64,000 nt of DNA from a virus. Shown piece by piece: positions 37,912 to 47,925 of the stretch. The position numbers and the translations under genes are program-made. The notes below the pieces were generated by a model. The model saw only the letters and a program-made list of their open reading frames with translations, had not been told where the DNA came from and did no database searches. The stretch spans positions 1 to 64,000 of IMG/VR virus record IMGVR_UViG_3300032268_000293, one strand, 5' to 3'. The first letter of the stretch is position 1. Each line of letters opens with the position of its first letter.

Positions 37912-39996
37912 TTATCTAGAATTAGGAAGATGTAATGGATAACCTGTCATCTCTACACCACTTCCTTTTTTCTTTGGTGTTGACCCCTTTTGTCTTGCGC
38001 CAGATGCAGAACCTTTCGGTCTACCACGCCCACGTTTTTCTGTTGATGATTCTTTTTCATCATCAGCATCATATCCCTTTTCATCCTTATCCTTTTCACC
38101 CTTATAGTATTCTGTACCATATTTACCAGTTACTTTACGAGAAGGAAGATCTGACATTTTAATTTCATCAAGATTAAATCCTTTAAATGAAACCAACTCT
38201 ACTTCTTCTTTCTTGGTTCCAAGATCTGCTGATAATTTTGCAGCGATTGCCATCTGGCGACGCTTTTCCATAGATTTGCCAGCAAATTGTGGAGCATCTG
38301 ATTTCTTAAAGTCTTTAATAACATCGCCCATAGATGCTTTTGTCATATTCATTTTTTCGGCGATCTCGATGAACTGCTCGATTAACGCCAATTCTTCTTG
38401 GGTAAATTCCATCTCTATTTCCTCGTTAGTAGGTTTTGGTAAGTGTGGGGTTACTTTGAACTTATGTAGTTTACCATCACCCAACTCTTTATGAGCCTGG
38501 ATATGTACATTCTTACCATCGTTCTTAGTTACTTTTCCTTGCATCTTGTCACCAGTCTTACTGGCGTAGAAGTCGACATGCTGATCAGATACTTTATGAA
38601 TATCCATCTTAGCGTGGTCAGGATGCATAACACCTTGTGATGCGTATTCGCGACCATTAATACGAGCTTCTTCTATCTGAACTTCTTCAGACCACTCTCT
38701 GCGTTTTCTCATAAACTCAGAACGACCTCTTCCAACAGTACCACCGATTCTATCTGTTTTCTTTGCTGCAGTTTGAGCATTGTTGAAATGGCGGTCTTCT
38801 CCATCCATGTCGCCTTTAGCATTTGCTTTTGCTGCTTTTTTCATGTGACCCATAACTACATCACCATGAACTTTTCTGACTACCTTTTCAGTTGACTTAG
38901 TGTCATTACCATTGACATGTGCATTTGCAAATTTGTTGTAGAGAGTTCGAACTGTTAAATCGCCTTCTTCTAGTTCAACTTCTTCTTTCATTTTCTTTTT
39001 CGCTAATGCCTGTTTAGCAAGTTCACGTGCACGGCTCATTGGCGATTGCGTTGTTCCATCTGAATTTTTAACAGGTTTAGATTTTGTATATGGACCATCA
39101 AATGGTACATTATCTTTACGACTTAATGTTGCTCGTGAATTTGGTGAGAAGTTTGTTGAAGAACCGCCACCGATTTCATCACCTTTACGACGATAAGCAG
39201 ATGCTGGCTTTTCGTAGTATCCTTCTTCTACTTGTTCAGCTTCTTCTTTTTTCATTAGACCCTTAACAGCACCCTTTACCATGTTGATCTGCTTTTGACC
39301 AACTTTATGGAAGAAACCTTTTTTACTGTCTTCTTTGTCTGACTTCAATTTTGCAATTCTGTCATCAGATTGTTTATCGATAGATTTCTTTGCATGATCT
39401 GCAGCATCAGAACGCAATTTCTTAATCTGATCGTCTGTTAATTCATTAATCTCTTCTTCTTTTACTGGAACGCAGTTAGGAACTTTCTTTCCGTTCTTCA
39501 TTTTCATACCAACTGCAGTGTAACCTTTCCAGCAAGCATCCTTTAAATCTCCAGTTGCTTTTTCAACTTCATCGATTTGCTCAACTTCTTCTTTATACGC
39601 TAGTTTCGATGCTGCCTTCAAAACACCACTAAGACGCTTTGCTGACTTCTTAGATGCATCAGCAGACTTACCCATCTCGTGTTTTTGAACAGCTTGATTT
39701 GCTGACTTAGCAAACGCCAACTTAGGATCTTTAGCACGTTTCTCTGCATCTTTTGCTGAAGAAGCACGTCTCTCTGACTCACGTGCTTTATCTGTAGCAT
39801 CGCCAGCAGCTTTATAAGCATAAGAAGCAAGAGTCTTTTTATCTAACTCATCTAATTCTTCAACTTCTTCTTTCATTTTCTTCGCACGCAGCTTGGCCAG
39901 ATCTTCACCTTCGATCTTTCCGTCTTTATCTACATCGATTTTTTGCTGTCCGCCTTTTAACGCTTCCAGGTATACTTGTCTAAATGGGTTGCTCAT
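37912..39996 (-). CDS. Putative internal head polyprotein with repeated acidic linkers
   Basis: About eight KEEVE(L/Q)xE-type linkers separating basic modules. Confidence 0.6.
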   Translation of the reverse strand: MSNPFRQVYLEALKGGQQKIDVDKDGKIEGEDLAKLRAKKMKEEVEELDELDKKTLASYAYKAAGDATDKARESERRASSAKDAEKRAKDPKLAFAKSANQAVQKHEMGKSADASKKSAKRLSGVLKAASKLAYKEEVEQIDEVEKATGDLKDACWKGYTAVGMKMKNGKKVPNCVPVKEEEINELTDDQIKKLRSDAADHAKKSIDKQSDDRIAKLKSDKEDSKKGFFHKVGQKQINMVKGAVKGLMKKEEAEQVEEGYYEKPASAYRRKGDEIGGGSSTNFSPNSRATLSRKDNVPFDGPYTKSKPVKNSDGTTQSPMSRARELAKQALAKKKMKEEVELEEGDLTVRTLYNKFANAHVNGNDTKSTEKVVRKVHGDVVMGHMKKAAKANAKGDMDGEDRHFNNAQTAAKKTDRIGGTVGRGRSEFMRKRREWSEEVQIEEARINGREYASQGVMHPDHAKMDIHKVSDQHVDFYASKTGDKMQGKVTKNDGKNVHIQAHKELGDGKLHKFKVTPHLPKPTNEEIEMEFTQEELALIEQFIEIAEKMNMTKASMGDVIKDFKKSDAPQFAGKSMEKRRQMAIAAKLSADLGTKKEEVELVSFKGFNLDEIKMSDLPSRKVTGKYGTEYYKGEKDKDEKGYDADDEKESSTEKRGRGRPKGSASGARQKGSTPKKKGSGVEMTGYPLHLPNSR

Positions 39997-40427
39997 TTAA
40001 GGTGACTCCTTATCATCCATCCGTGTTTTTCGTGAGTATCTATTCTGCCAGCGAGAAAATCAGCCAAACCTTGCTTGTTTTCTCTCGTAGCGATCTCCAT
40101 TGATTTATTTAGGGATTCTAAAACTCCATCATTCGCATTTTGAAGATCTTGGAGCATTTGTTCAACTGTAACCGACACATTTCCCTCATTTAATGTCTTA
40201 TATTCGTATATTTCGGAAATAGTCCTTGGAGCATATTCCCTCATAGCACGAATTTCTTCTGCGATATGGTCAATAGAACCATAAACATCTTCATACAACT
40301 TACCAAAGAAATCGTGAAACTGGGAAAAGTTTATTCCTTCTACATTCCAATGGTGTGATTGCGCTTTAAAATACATAACAAATGTATTTCCAAGTAAAAC
40401 TCTAAGCGACATTACTAATTCATTCAT
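39993..40427 (-). CDS. dps: Dps / ferritin-like protein
   Basis: HWNVEG..FSQFHDFF..LYE, DHIAE, HEKHGWM. Confidence 0.92.
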   Translation of the reverse strand: MNELVMSLRVLLGNTFVMYFKAQSHHWNVEGINFSQFHDFFGKLYEDVYGSIDHIAEEIRAMREYAPRTISEIYEYKTLNEGNVSVTVEQMLQDLQNANDGVLESLNKSMEIATRENKQGLADFLAGRIDTHEKHGWMIRSHLK

Positions 40428-40709
40428 TTAACAATCCCATGCTTTTCTAGACCAATAATTTGCGCTAGTCTTATCATTAGTATTTCCCTGTCCAGCTGAT
40501 CTTGCGCAGTAAGATTTTTTGCGAGCAGGAATATGTTTTTTAATGGAAAGGTTTTTATCCCCAAAATTTACCTTTTGTGCTTTACCATCTCCGTCTGGGT
40601 CAACGTAAACCTTTGACTTTTTTACATCACCAGACATAGGTTTATTAAGTGTAACGTTCTTTCCCTGATATGTAGCTTCGTTTAACAAGTATTCTTTGAA
40701 GGGAATCAT
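40428..40709 (-). CDS. Small basic protein with capsid-targeting-like N-terminus
   Basis: MIPFKEYLLNEA; VNFGD, RKKSYCAR, ANYWS. Confidence 0.7.
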   Translation of the reverse strand: MIPFKEYLLNEATYQGKNVTLNKPMSGDVKKSKVYVDPDGDGKAQKVNFGDKNLSIKKHIPARKKSYCARSAGQGNTNDKTSANYWSRKAWDC

Positions 40710-43700
40710 TTCGTGAACCTCTTGTGTTGTAATCTTGATTTTTCGATTTGACGAATTCTCGGAGCAACTCTACGTGCTAGTCTATCAACCAACGCTTTTC
40801 TAGTTTGCAAGAATCTCTCAACTCTTTCTTTTTCTGGTAATGTTGCTTTGTTTGGATCTTTACGGAGCATTCTGCGCTTGATCATTGATGTAGCCAAACG
40901 ACGAGCACGCTTGTTTATTGTAGATTGATTTGATGTTTTTCTCAATGCGATTTGCGCACGAACCTCACGTTTTGATTTGGTTCTAGCAAAACGCTGTTTA
41001 CGACGGATGCGTTCCATACGAGAGATCTCGAGAATGACAATCTTATCTTCTTTGAGTTTTGCTTCTTCTTCATCATCTTCGTAACCATCAGTATCTAATT
41101 CTTCACCAGTCTCGTCATCAACGATTGCTATCTCATCGTCTTCATATGCGTCAATGATATGCTCTGGTTCTGACATTCCAGTAATTTCGTCTTCAAAATC
41201 ATCGTCCTCGAAATCTTCTTCTTCACTTTCTTTCTCTTCTTCTTCAGTCATATGTCTTTTTTGCATTGCAGTAAAAGAAGACTTTTTATTAAGATCATCT
41301 AATTGAGAAATATTTTGAATACCAAGGAATCTCTTTATACTTTCGTAGGACATTTTTCCTGTGTCGCCTACCTTAAATTTATCATCCTCTTCGCAGCCAC
41401 AATCTTCATCTAATTGAGATTCTTCTTTAACTTGTTTCTTTTGCTCTGCTTCTTTTTTCTCACGTGCTTGACGTTCTTGTTTAGCAAGACGTGACATCTT
41501 CTTTAGGAAAGATGGTTTGTTGTAGTATGCAGTAGCCTCGCCAAGTTCTTCTCTTGACTGCAAATAATCTCTAACAGTAGTGATGTAATCTTGCGCTAGT
41601 GTAATTTTAGATTGAACCCACTCTGGCATATTCTCATCATCTTCGATCATGTCGATCAAATCTTCGCAATTACGTAGAGTAGTTTGTAGTTGCGTGCGAG
41701 CCATTTGACCTTCATAGTCATACTCGCCTTTGTCGATTGTTTTTGCTGCTTCTTCTAGAATATCAAAGTCTTCTTTTAAACCAAACGCTGCGGCAACTTT
41801 CTTGTCGCCATGCTTAGTGCGCAGATAGTGAGAGATAGCGTGGTCTTTAGTTTTGAATTCAGAAGTATCTATAATCTTATGTTGAGTCTTGATTAATCCA
41901 CGTAGAGACTTAATATCATGATTCTTCTTAAGAGAGTCGTACTCTGCCTTAATATCTTCATCGATCTCTTCAGCTTCTTCTTTAATGTTTGTTGGCTTGT
42001 CTTTATATACTGTACCAAGATGCTTTGCGCCAGACTTATGTAACGAATTACGTCCATTGGCATTCATGGTGTGGTTGACATCATAACCACCAGATTTATG
42101 CTTATACACTTCAATACCATCTAAGTTATCGCGATGTGTTTTAACTTTGTCAGTAGCATAAGAAACTGCTTGATCTAGTTTTTTGAATGGAGCATTTTCG
42201 CTTAGTTCAGTTTCTTCTCGCATCTGCTTGTATTTATCGAGGAGATCTTTGTTCTTAGCATAATCTTTTGTTGGCATAGCATAACGAGCAGTCTTAGCAT
42301 TATCTAAATGATACAGTGATTTTTTTGAGTCACCTTTCATATGCGCAGCAACTGCCTTATCCATATGGTACTTAAAAGTGCCTTCTTCTAAGTCATCTTC
42401 TTTTGAAGCATTCTTAAAACGCAATTTATGTGCACGAATCTTTCTACCATGTTTGTCTAACTTAGTGTCAGAAGTCGAAACCTCATCATATCCCTCAGTT
42501 ACTTTTTGTGGTAGTAATTTCTCGTCGTAGTTAATACCAGCTTCTCTTGCTGTTTGAAGCATGTTTTTTACAACTGAAAGATATTCAGCACGCATTGGTT
42601 TGTTTCTAATTTTTCTTAATGCATTATTAACAAGCTGGTCAGCAGAAGAAGACTTCTCGACATCTGTAACACCAAGAGCATCAGCAATAATTCTTGCCAC
42701 TTTTATTTTATCTGATGAACTAAACTTCATCTCTATTAGTTCTTTAAAAGTTTTCATAGATTCTTCCATGCCCTCTTCTTTTTCCATGTGATATTGTGCT
42801 CGAACTTGGTCAATATCGTGTATTGCGTGATTGATATAATCTGCGTGGTGATGTAGAACACCGAGTTTAGCAAGATATTCTTGTGCTTTCTGAGCAGAAA
42901 TGTTAAATTGCTCAAATTCTTCGTCTGTCATCTCATCATTGCCAACTGCTTTATTTAAAATACCGTAATAATCATCAGTTGCTTTCAATGCATTTAAAAT
43001 AGCAACTGGGTCTAAATCTTCTTGTTTAGTTAAATGATGAAAAGCATCCAACACTTGTGGATGCTGTAAATTTTTTGGTGTGTAGTTTTTATAAGAGAAC
43101 TTTGTTGGCTCATCTGCTACTGTGTAATCCTCAACCAACGTCACATCGTGCAACCACTTACGATGTGTATTACCATCAGAATCAACGACAGTAAGATAAT
43201 TACTACCTCTATTAAGTATTTCATATTTGTGATCATTAGACTCAACGATCTGACCAACTTTAAACACTTCACCTCTATAATAGGACTCTCTCAACCAATC
43301 TGTTACTGTAACTTGTTCTTTTACTGCGTCAAGACCCATTGCTTGTCTCAACTCATTCATCAGTCTGCGACCATCAGCTGTGGTCAATGTGGTTGGAAGA
43401 CCTTTCTTAAATGTATCAAAATCGCCTTTTTTAGCAGCATCACGCATTTTGGTACCAGACATTCCAGATGCGTCATCGCTATCTGGATCACGCTCTCCAG
43501 CCGAAACTACTTGTATGGTGTTGAAATTGAACTCTTTACCGTTGTACTGATTCAACAGTTTTGTATATTCCATAACACGATCGCTTCCTGCGACCATGAT
43601 AATGTCTTTGTATTTTTTGTTGAGTTCTTTGGCGACTTCGATAAATGTTCTTGTGGTTGGACCAGCAGCCATAAAATTGGCTGTTGGGAACATTCTTTTT

Positions 43701-43915
43701 AGGAAATAGACTTTGCGGTCTACTGGGAGAGGGTTTTTGGTTTTGTCCTGAGTTCTGGACGCATAGATTACATGAGAAGCATTATGTGTAGATGCAAGAC
43801 GCTCTACAGCACGAACCAACAGTTCGTGACCTGTCGTTGGTGGCTGGAAGCGACCAAACGCAAAAACTACTTTTTTGGAAGGGAGTTCCTTCAGAAATTG
43901 GGTATATGCTTTCAT
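40706..43915 (-). CDS. Cytidylyltransferase-like domain fused to a long multi-module polyprotein
   Basis: FAFGRFQPPTTGH, VAGSDR, SAGERDPD, MSGTKMR; many (L/I/V)xE linkers downstream. Confidence 0.75.
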   Translation of the reverse strand: MKAYTQFLKELPSKKVVFAFGRFQPPTTGHELLVRAVERLASTHNASHVIYASRTQDKTKNPLPVDRKVYFLKRMFPTANFMAAGPTTRTFIEVAKELNKKYKDIIMVAGSDRVMEYTKLLNQYNGKEFNFNTIQVVSAGERDPDSDDASGMSGTKMRDAAKKGDFDTFKKGLPTTLTTADGRRLMNELRQAMGLDAVKEQVTVTDWLRESYYRGEVFKVGQIVESNDHKYEILNRGSNYLTVVDSDGNTHRKWLHDVTLVEDYTVADEPTKFSYKNYTPKNLQHPQVLDAFHHLTKQEDLDPVAILNALKATDDYYGILNKAVGNDEMTDEEFEQFNISAQKAQEYLAKLGVLHHHADYINHAIHDIDQVRAQYHMEKEEGMEESMKTFKELIEMKFSSSDKIKVARIIADALGVTDVEKSSSADQLVNNALRKIRNKPMRAEYLSVVKNMLQTAREAGINYDEKLLPQKVTEGYDEVSTSDTKLDKHGRKIRAHKLRFKNASKEDDLEEGTFKYHMDKAVAAHMKGDSKKSLYHLDNAKTARYAMPTKDYAKNKDLLDKYKQMREETELSENAPFKKLDQAVSYATDKVKTHRDNLDGIEVYKHKSGGYDVNHTMNANGRNSLHKSGAKHLGTVYKDKPTNIKEEAEEIDEDIKAEYDSLKKNHDIKSLRGLIKTQHKIIDTSEFKTKDHAISHYLRTKHGDKKVAAAFGLKEDFDILEEAAKTIDKGEYDYEGQMARTQLQTTLRNCEDLIDMIEDDENMPEWVQSKITLAQDYITTVRDYLQSREELGEATAYYNKPSFLKKMSRLAKQERQAREKKEAEQKKQVKEESQLDEDCGCEEDDKFKVGDTGKMSYESIKRFLGIQNISQLDDLNKKSSFTAMQKRHMTEEEEKESEEEDFEDDDFEDEITGMSEPEHIIDAYEDDEIAIVDDETGEELDTDGYEDDEEEAKLKEDKIVILEISRMERIRRKQRFARTKSKREVRAQIALRKTSNQSTINKRARRLATSMIKRRMLRKDPNKATLPEKERVERFLQTRKALVDRLARRVAPRIRQIEKSRLQHKRFTK

Positions 43916-44023
43916 TTAATCCATCTATATGAGTAATAATCAATTATTTAGTCATCTTTTATTCTCATAGTACCTTTACAGGCGATACCGTTAATACTAC
44001 AGATGCTGTACCTTTTAAATCGC

Positions 44024-44260
44024 TCATACTATTGCTAGCAATCCTTGTGCTGCTGCTACAATCCAACGGCAAGCAACTTCGTCGTTAGCCAATTCTTGTT
44101 GCGCTCTGATCTCGGCGACTTCTTTAACAAGAAAATCATATTCTTCTTTAGTTAATTGACCACTTGTATATTGCTCGTAAAATGAGATCAAATCATTAGC
44201 AAGAACTCCTGCTGCTCCACCCATTCCTGCTTGTTGCTGTAGTTGTTCTAATAGATTCAT
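44024..44260 (-). CDS. Hypothetical protein
   Basis: Coupled to the upstream lipoprotein gene. Confidence 0.55.
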   Translation of the reverse strand: MNLLEQLQQQAGMGGAAGVLANDLISFYEQYTSGQLTKEEYDFLVKEVAEIRAQQELANDEVACRWIVAAAQGLLAIV

Positions 44261-44601
44261 CTTCCTCTCCATACATTAGTAATTATTTCTACTCTTGTTT
44301 TCTGTAGTTTTAATACACCTTCGCAGAATTTTTCATTGCTAGATGCTTGGGCTTTTTTCAACGCTTCTTCTAAATCACCCAACGCTTGTGCTTGCGGGTC
44401 TTTTCTTAAAGTAGCATAGGTTTTTAATTGCTCAACTTTCGAAAATGTTGTTTTCCAATCTCTATCAACGCAATTTAGTTTATCGACTGACAATTTTACT
44501 TCAACTAATCTATCGAACATAACTGGATCGTGTGGTTTTGGCATTATGAAAGAGCAACCTGTTAGCACAACTAATGCTATACCTGCTATTAGTTTCTTCA
44601 T
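44257..44601 (-). CDS. Lipoprotein
   Basis: Lipobox LTGC. Confidence 0.7.
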   Translation of the reverse strand: MKKLIAGIALVVLTGCSFIMPKPHDPVMFDRLVEVKLSVDKLNCVDRDWKTTFSKVEQLKTYATLRKDPQAQALGDLEEALKKAQASSNEKFCEGVLKLQKTRVEIITNVWRGR

Positions 44602-44603
44602 GT

Positions 44604-45815
44604 TTACCTCGGTCTATTTAAAAAGTTATTTCTAGAAAATTCAAGACGATCAACCAATTTAACAACACGATCTCCCTGAACAGCTACGAATCCTTCTGGT
44701 GTTGTAGGAACAAGAGAATTACCTCGCTCAACAAAACCAGAAACCCCTGTCTCTAATTTATTTAATTTGTTTACAATTATCATTTTACATGTAACAATCA
44801 AAGAAAACGCTTCATACGCTTTCTCAAGAACAACTCTGTTCTTATCGAGAAAGTCAATTATCTGCTGTCTCTCATCATTCTTCTTTTGTTTGGTGGCAGC
44901 TGTTTTAACTTTATCAATATCTTTTTGCAGTTCATCATGAACATACTGAGCAAACCCATGCGCCTGAGAGACACCAACGTAACTACCAGCACGAACATTA
45001 GCATTATTGTATTTTGCCATCAATGGATACAGCTGCTTATGTGTTGAGAGATAAGATAAGAATGATGTTGGTATTGCTACTTTAAGTTTCTCTAACTGAG
45101 CATGTGCTTTTAGAATAGTGGCTTGCTCTGATGCAGAGAGCGATAGATCCTTTGTTTTGTCTTTAAGGATAGCGTCATCAACAAACACATTCTTTGATTT
45201 CTTTAATCCAGCAATAGAATAACCGAAATTGGCTTTCATTGTAGCAGGATCAGAGCCAGTGTAGTAAGTATGAAAAATAATACCCATTTTACTTGCGATG
45301 ATTCTTCTACCAAGATCACTATCAGCAACGACAGCATATACAATAGTATTGGGTTTGAAAGTAACATGTTTTACTCCATCAATTGTTTGTGGCTTTAGAT
45401 CGCCTTCAGTATAAAGAAAATCGCCCTGAACAGTTCCATTAATACCAAGATCTCTGCAGTATTTTAAAGCATACTTCATTTTCTCAACAAGACCTGGAGA
45501 ATGTCCATGGTTTGCGATAATATCTGCTTCTGTTCTGTTAAGTTTCGGATTCGCATTGAATGCTGACTTTGAAGCGACCCAATAATCTGTTCCTGAATCG
45601 TGAACAATAATTGAAGGAGAACCATCCCACTTCGTAGTAATTAATGTTCCTGATGGTTTATTATACAAAGCATTGACATAAATCTGAATACTCTCTATGG
45701 CAAAATCTAAACCTGCCTTACCTTCCTCGAACATCAAATCTTCTAGATGCGAGAGATGTTTTAAACGAGTAGTATCGTTTACTGCTTCTGCTATGTAACC
45801 TTTTAAATTATACAT
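44604..45815 (-). CDS. Ligase-like nucleotidyltransferase fold protein of T4-like phages
   Basis: HLSHLED, TTKWDGSP (KxDG), QGDFLY, PEGFV, VKLVDRLEFSRNNF. Confidence 0.6.
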   Translation of the reverse strand: MYNLKGYIAEAVNDTTRLKHLSHLEDLMFEEGKAGLDFAIESIQIYVNALYNKPSGTLITTKWDGSPSIIVHDSGTDYWVASKSAFNANPKLNRTEADIIANHGHSPGLVEKMKYALKYCRDLGINGTVQGDFLYTEGDLKPQTIDGVKHVTFKPNTIVYAVVADSDLGRRIIASKMGIIFHTYYTGSDPATMKANFGYSIAGLKKSKNVFVDDAILKDKTKDLSLSASEQATILKAHAQLEKLKVAIPTSFLSYLSTHKQLYPLMAKYNNANVRAGSYVGVSQAHGFAQYVHDELQKDIDKVKTAATKQKKNDERQQIIDFLDKNRVVLEKAYEAFSLIVTCKMIIVNKLNKLETGVSGFVERGNSLVPTTPEGFVAVQGDRVVKLVDRLEFSRNNFLNRPR

Positions 45816-45823
45816 TTCTTGCC

Positions 45824-47125
45824 TTATTTGATTACGATGTATAGAGAACTATCAGTGCTCAACTTCTTAGAACTAAAATAACAGAATGTCATATTCTCCT
45901 GAAATTTGGTTTTCGGTGAAATCATGAAACTATAAAGATATGAGATCAAGTTCGCGAATCTATCTTTAGTTAATTTATCTGCCTTACTGAACAATGCTTC
46001 TGCTTGCTTGTAGTCTTTAATCGTATTTGATAAACGTGGGAATTTGGTAAACATCTCTTTTAATTCTGTTTTGGCTTTGGTATAATCGCTTGCTGATACA
46101 CCAACACCACTACGAACAGTATAACCATACTTCTGCTTTTGATGTGGTCCATACTGTTTAGCATCAACAGCACCAAGTTGATAACCTGCACCAATAAATC
46201 TACCTTCTAGAGATACATTTAATGTTGTGGCAGATGCTTTAAAACCACAACGAACAGCAAAACCAGATTTCGTTTGGACAATAAAATTAGCAAAAGTATC
46301 TGACAAATCTACTTTAGAAAATGTCATGTCATAATCTAATTTCTGATTCATTTGAGATGCTGGGTCAGTTATCTCGAGAACAGCTTTATCTTCAGTAACT
46401 TGCTTTAAAGAAATAGGAATAAGATCTTTCTTCTTGAATGCTGCAGCAATACCATTATTCAGTTCTTCAATAGAAGTTGCATTTACAAGTTTCTTAATGT
46501 CGTATGTTTTCTTAATCATCCAAACGTCAGCTGGATTCCAGTTGTCATTTGCTTTACCAGATAATTTTCTGCCAGTCTTATACAAGTTATCAGTTAGATT
46601 TGACGCTTGTCTTTCATAATGATACCCTTTGTTACTGCCCATAAACTTCTTTATAACAACTGTTTGTTTTGCAGCGGATTCATAATAAATTGATTGGTAT
46701 AAGTTTTTCTTGCTACCAATTTTCTGCATAATCTGTTCTTCAGTTAAGGTTTTGTTCGATTCAATTGCTGCCTCAAACATATACATGCTAATCAATTCTT
46801 TTAACTCAGTAAGAGCACCTGTGTTGCTCTTGGAATTTTCGCTGAAATGATTAAAACAATTATTGATTGAACTTTCAGAACCTTTTATAAGAACAACTTT
46901 TTTATTGGCATCAATTAGAGTTATAGTATCTTTACCAGATGCTAATTCAATTACAAGACTTATGTCTTTTGTCTTTGCTGTTTTTGTGATGGTGAACACC
47001 GATTCACCAAGTTTATACTTGTTATCAGTAAACTTCTTTCCTGTTGATGGTGGAATCTTATCTGATTCCTTTAGAACTATTTTATGTCCCTCACCATACT
47101 TTGAACTACCAACAATTGATGCCAT
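45824..47125 (-). CDS. Hypothetical protein, possible PD-(D/E)XK nuclease
   Basis: TELKE...DNWNPADVW...IPISLK. Confidence 0.5.
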   Translation of the reverse strand: MASIVGSSKYGEGHKIVLKESDKIPPSTGKKFTDNKYKLGESVFTITKTAKTKDISLVIELASGKDTITLIDANKKVVLIKGSESSINNCFNHFSENSKSNTGALTELKELISMYMFEAAIESNKTLTEEQIMQKIGSKKNLYQSIYYESAAKQTVVIKKFMGSNKGYHYERQASNLTDNLYKTGRKLSGKANDNWNPADVWMIKKTYDIKKLVNATSIEELNNGIAAAFKKKDLIPISLKQVTEDKAVLEITDPASQMNQKLDYDMTFSKVDLSDTFANFIVQTKSGFAVRCGFKASATTLNVSLEGRFIGAGYQLGAVDAKQYGPHQKQKYGYTVRSGVGVSASDYTKAKTELKEMFTKFPRLSNTIKDYKQAEALFSKADKLTKDRFANLISYLYSFMISPKTKFQENMTFCYFSSKKLSTDSSLYIVIK

Positions 47126-47137
47126 ATTTTTCCAAAA

Positions 47138-47857
47138 TTAACTCTGTTTTTTTCTTTGCTTACAAAGAACTCTCTCATATTTATTGTTCCATTTAATGAC
47201 TTGTTTAAACAACTTGGGTATTGCTTGGTTGTTGTGAGCATCGTAATTAAATGTTCTGAGATAGTATCGTAGAGTTTTTGAATCTCGACTTTTTCTGGCT
47301 CTAGAAAGTAATTGAGTTATTGGAACATTTGGTCGATTTCTTTTAAAGTCCAAGTATATACAATGGGCATATGCTTGTATTTCATCAAACTCCGAAAGAT
47401 ATTTTCTTTCTTCGTTCTTTTTAAGCTGTTTTACTTTTTTGTAGGGAAGAACATAATTTGACCACTCATCACATCTTCTATCAAACTGCATAAAATGCAC
47501 AAGTTCATGCATAGCAATTTGAATGAGTCTGAATTTAAATTTATTCCACGTTGTTTCTGTAAACGGGAATTTGTCAAAGTAATCTGTATAAATGTGTATA
47601 GCACACTGTCGTTCTTGTGGGTCATATTCACCACCCATTGCGACGTTTGTTAAATAGAATTTCGACTTCAGTTTCTCTGGGCGATACTCAACTTTAGTGC
47701 GCCATTTTTTGAAGTAGTTTGATAGACCCTTAGAATCGTTGCGATACAGGTCTAAATCGTTCCAAATTTTTGATGGAATGAATTTTGCTCTGAACGGACG
47801 TTCAGAGAAAGGTAGAAAATCTATGAAATCGATATTTACTTGTTTGAGATGTTCCAT
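47138..47857 (-). CDS. Putative zincin metallopeptidase
   Basis: HELVH and downstream DEIQAYA. Confidence 0.65.
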   Translation of the reverse strand: MEHLKQVNIDFIDFLPFSERPFRAKFIPSKIWNDLDLYRNDSKGLSNYFKKWRTKVEYRPEKLKSKFYLTNVAMGGEYDPQERQCAIHIYTDYFDKFPFTETTWNKFKFRLIQIAMHELVHFMQFDRRCDEWSNYVLPYKKVKQLKKNEERKYLSEFDEIQAYAHCIYLDFKRNRPNVPITQLLSRARKSRDSKTLRYYLRTFNYDAHNNQAIPKLFKQVIKWNNKYERVLCKQRKKQS

Positions 47858-47891
47858 AGCAACCCCATAAGGTCAGGAATATTTATCCTTT

Positions 47892-47920
47892 ATTATACCT
47901 TATGGGTTGTTCGGTGTCAA
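47892..47920 (-). promoter_or_regulatory. Sigma70-type promoter within an inverted repeat
   Basis: Perfect TTGACA-17-TATAAT; ATAAATA just downstream. Confidence 0.75.
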
Positions 47921-47925
47921 ACAGT

